Below are positions 60,413-64,000 of a DNA stretch of 64,000 nt, piece after piece. This DNA is from Dipteris shenzhenensis (lineage: Eukaryota), in NCBI GenBank assembly GCA_047967505.1, contig CM106538.1; one strand, given 5' to 3'. Both the position numbers and the translations under genes were made by a program. The notes below the pieces were generated by a model, which saw only the letters and a program-made list of their open reading frames with translations, was not told where the DNA came from and made no database searches. How positions within the stretch are numbered: position 1 is the first letter of the stretch; every line of letters starts with the position of its first letter.

Positions 60413-62960
60413 TGTTAAGAAACTGAATGAGACCGCCACTAAGCCTAGGGCTACATGAGATCAGTGTAACAATCATGGAGGATTAAACCATACAAGAAAA
60501 TCCATAATGGAGAGACAACAATGTAGGCAACACTCAACAATGTATTCTAATGCTTGATAAACAATACAATGATAGACCTCTTATATAGAGAGTCTCAAGG
60601 CATAAGCCTACTGTGTGGCATCCTCTGATCCACATCCAACTTGTGGTGACCAATGTCCCACATCCATTCATGTAGTCCACATCCTCTTGTGTGGCTACCA
60701 TAATTCCCACAAACATACCCCTCTAGGGTACCAACACAATATTCCATCAATTGGACATTGCACATTTCAACACCCCTCCTCAATGTACAATCATATGTGA
60801 CCATCTCACCTCTCACCCCCAATGATTTGGCATTGCCAAACTCACTCTCTCAACACTCCCCCTCAATGACAAATTGGAGTGTTCAACAAATGTGTGTGCA
60901 TGTGTCTAGCAACCTAAACACCTTATCATCCACTTTACACACCATGCTGTGCGGGCGGGACACCCAAGTGATTTTTAGACACCCCATGTGTCAGGGAGAA
61001 GGAACCAACCCAAGTAGTGCATCATCAATGTACACTACTCCTGCACACCACAATCAAATATCTTTTTGAGCACCCGTGGGCTCGGGCAGAGGACCCTCAT
61101 AAACATGGGTGAGAGAAAATTACATCCATTTTATGCCAATGCAAGGGCAGGGCACCCACAGTAATCTCGGTCATAGTATAACATATCCATGATTTGCAAT
61201 ACAAGACAATGCTGCGCCAATTTTTCAAGGCATAAGAAAAAATTTCTTGTACAAAAGGGATTTTTAAGGTGCATAAAGTAAGGATAATGTGCATGTGGCT
61301 GTAATAGGTAGGGTTCCAACCCTAAGGACTTTGGCTCCATGTTTGTAATCGTCTACCATCAATCGTTTTCTTGCTGCAGCTGCTCTCGTGTCGTCATGTC
61401 GAGTTCTCCTTCAATCTGCGGTTATGCTCTTCTTCAGCGACCCTTCTTCAGTGCCTTTGTCATAGCTTACACTTCTCTTTACTTCTTTCTTGCAAGATCT
61501 GTGCGAGGAGCTCCCTCCTGCAATGTAGAAGGGCGCCTGCATTTCCCCATCCATGGCTCCTCGGTAGCTCCTCGACAGTAGCTGGTGGGATACTATCAAC
61601 AAGTCTACCTCCCTGCAAGATGGTGTCTATTTCGCTCTTTCCTTGGCTTACGCTTTGGTCGGCGCTGCTGCCTTCATTCCTCTTTGGATACATTCTCATT
61701 CGATTCGTCGCCTTCTAACAGACTCTTGTGTGTCATGTGTATCTACTTCAATTCGTGTCGAGCACTGCCACTGCCAAGCCAACCGAGGATACCAGCAAAC
61801 GTGGCAGTGCGGTGTCTCAGACGTACGAGGTCTATAGATCCAAGTCAATCGTCCCAGCTTTGTGTGGCTGAAGCAGATGAGATTAATGCAAGCTGCAAAA
61901 TGTTTGCTTTTGATATGCAGATTCGCTTGCCTGGCTCTTGCTTCTCTTAGAATCCGCTTGCCTCTTGCACCTGTTCCTGTTATTCGGTGCTGATGCTTCG
62001 ACTATTTGCTACTCATCCTCCTTTCAATTCGTCTTGCTCCCTTTCACTGTTCTCCTTTTGATTCCTCTCATGTTGCTCTTGATTTCGCTCCTGCACTTGC
62101 TACAGCTTCTTCCTTGCAACTTTTCTTCTTTTGCATCCTCTTGCTTCTTCCATGAGCACACGAGCAGCAAATCTTTGAACAACACTAGTTTTCAATCTTC
62201 AATTCAGCTTGCCTCTTTCCTAGGCATCTCTTGATCTTCACAGCAGAGACTCAATGATGGTAGTAGCTGCTTGCTTGCTGATGTGTCACCTCTTCTTTCA
62301 CAACAACCATCTTTGTAGCAATAGAAGCTCCTTCTTCTGAAACAACATCCTCCAAGTACATCTTCTATACACAGCAATGTCCTTTGCAGCCAAAAATCCA
62401 CATCAGTCTTCTTTTCTCATAGTAGAAAACTTCAATTCAAGCCTGCCTCTTTCATGGGCTACTTCAAATCTAGCAAAGGCATAATCTCACACAAAACTCT
62501 CCCTAATGATAGAGTGTTGCCATTATTTTTCTCTATACAAAAGACATGAAAGAAAACACACTAATCTGCCTAAGCTTGTGGACTACCAGCTCTGATACCA
62601 TGTTAAGAAACTGAATGAGACCGCCACTAAGCCTAGGGCTACATGAGATCAGTGTAACAATCATGGAGGATTAAACCATACAAGAAAATCCATAATGGAG
62701 AGACAACAACGTAGGCAACACTCAACAATGTATTCTAATGCTTGATAAACAATACAATGATAGACCTCTTATATAGAGAGTCTCAAGGCATAAGCCTACT
62801 GTGTGGCATCCTCTGATCCACATCCAACTTGTGGTGACCAATGTCCCACATCCATTCATGTAGTCCACATCCTCTTGTGTGGCTACCATAATTCCCACAA
62901 ACATACCCCTCTAGGGTACCAACACAATATCCCATCAATTGGACATTGCACATTTCAACA
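60413..62960 (-). mobile_element. Young non-autonomous LTR element (F), 2548 bp, TSD TTGCA
   Basis: 360-bp LTRs at 60413-60772 and 62601-62960 (2 differences by eye); PBS antisense gctctgatacca at 62589-62600; PPT antisense cccctcctc at 60773; TTGCA at 60408-60412 and 62961-62965; no gag/pol motif recognised in the 1.8-kb interior. Confidence 0.96.
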
Positions 62961-64000
62961 TTGCATATGTACGTCTTTGCACATATAGGTAGCATCAATC
63001 GATTTTACCTAGGGCTCAGAAGTGATGACTAAGTTCTAGCTGCCCTATGAAAATCCCAACCAAAAAAAAAAAGTATATAGTTAGTCCCTACCTAGCTACT
63101 AGGCCACGTGCACTCACACAATTTCACTTATACACATAGATGATTGCATGAATAATTGTACCACACACTTTCATTCCACACTCTCAAAGCATGTATGAAA
63201 ATAAGATCTCTCTCTCTCTCACACACACATGGAAAGGTCATACCGGCATACCAATCAATTTAATAATCAATGGTACACTACATGCACATGGATGCAGGTT
63301 CAAAAAAGATGCCGCCACTAAAGAGGATGTGAAGAAAGAGCCCATTGCCTCAACCACGAGACCTCCTCCAGAGTTCATAGCCATCTACATCCTCTCAACC
63401 ACGAAGACCACAAGCATTCATGGTCCAAAGCGATAGCTCCAAAGAAGATTCAGTGCATGACCAAGCAGAACAAATGCCACCCCAGTCACAATCGGCCTAC
63501 ATAGCCATTGACAAGGCCCAATCACTAGAACTTGTCTAGCCACCCACATCGACTTATGCTCTTTGCCAAGAAGCAACATCTTACTTAGAGCAATGGGGTC
63601 TAGGCAGTGGAATGGATTTAGGGTTAGGGTTAAACCCTAAACTCTTCCTGGGCCATAACTTTCCATGGTTGACTTGGATCGCTCTTCTGTAAAAAGGTGA
63701 AATGTTCAAAATTGCGAGATCTACACATTGGTATCTATTAGCAGATAGCTTGATTTCTTCTTCAAGTAGATTATTTTTAAGAAAAAAATTATTAAGGTAG
63801 TAAGCCAAGGTTGATACTTTTCGCTAGAGTTGGGAAAAAAACACTCTCCTAGCTCCTGAGTAATATGTTTGTGATAGTTTGTGGTAGTTTGTTCTTTACA
63901 CATACTTGTGCATGTTTACTCATTACTTGAGATGCTAGTCTCCCCGATAGCAGCACAAAATGTTGGCTCTTTCCCACGGCTTTCGCTAGAAGAGCAAGGT

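Noticed and set aside
63617-63642. tttagggttagggttaaaccctaaa as an interstitial telomere or fusion scar
   Set aside because: Only about three units; such telo-box-like motifs are common in plant repeats.

Overview
Eukaryotic, land-plant intergenic DNA made almost entirely of nested transposable elements. A fern or other non-seed plant is my guess from the TE style, not something shown. No intact host gene, RNA gene or CRISPR array is visible. Contents: (1) a decayed minus-strand Ty3/gypsy element (about 1-10900) with extra coding remnants downstream of integrase. (2) A 5.8-kb DNA transposon (11848-17666) bounded by perfect 20-bp TIRs. It holds a broken HGKG..D-type (Sola2-like) transposase on + and a convergent, apparently intron-containing FCP1/NIF-type HAD phosphatase-like cargo gene on -, plus arrays of an AGTACT motif. 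This is the most unusual object here. (3) Five LTR elements with both LTRs, a tRNA-iMet PBS, a PPT and a 5-bp TSD: Ty1/copia at 22363-29676 (+), 34139-39648 (-), 43247-48754 (+) and 53061-57028 (+, RT deleted), and a non-coding element at 60413-62960 (-). (4) A truncated sister of the first copia (42342-51420, -) that hosts the third, several LTR-less copia/gypsy fragments, and a 247-bp MITE with an 8-bp TSD. Three copia copies carry an in-frame TAG in the integrase-RT linker, two of them at the homologous codon. All comparisons were made by eye, without database searches.
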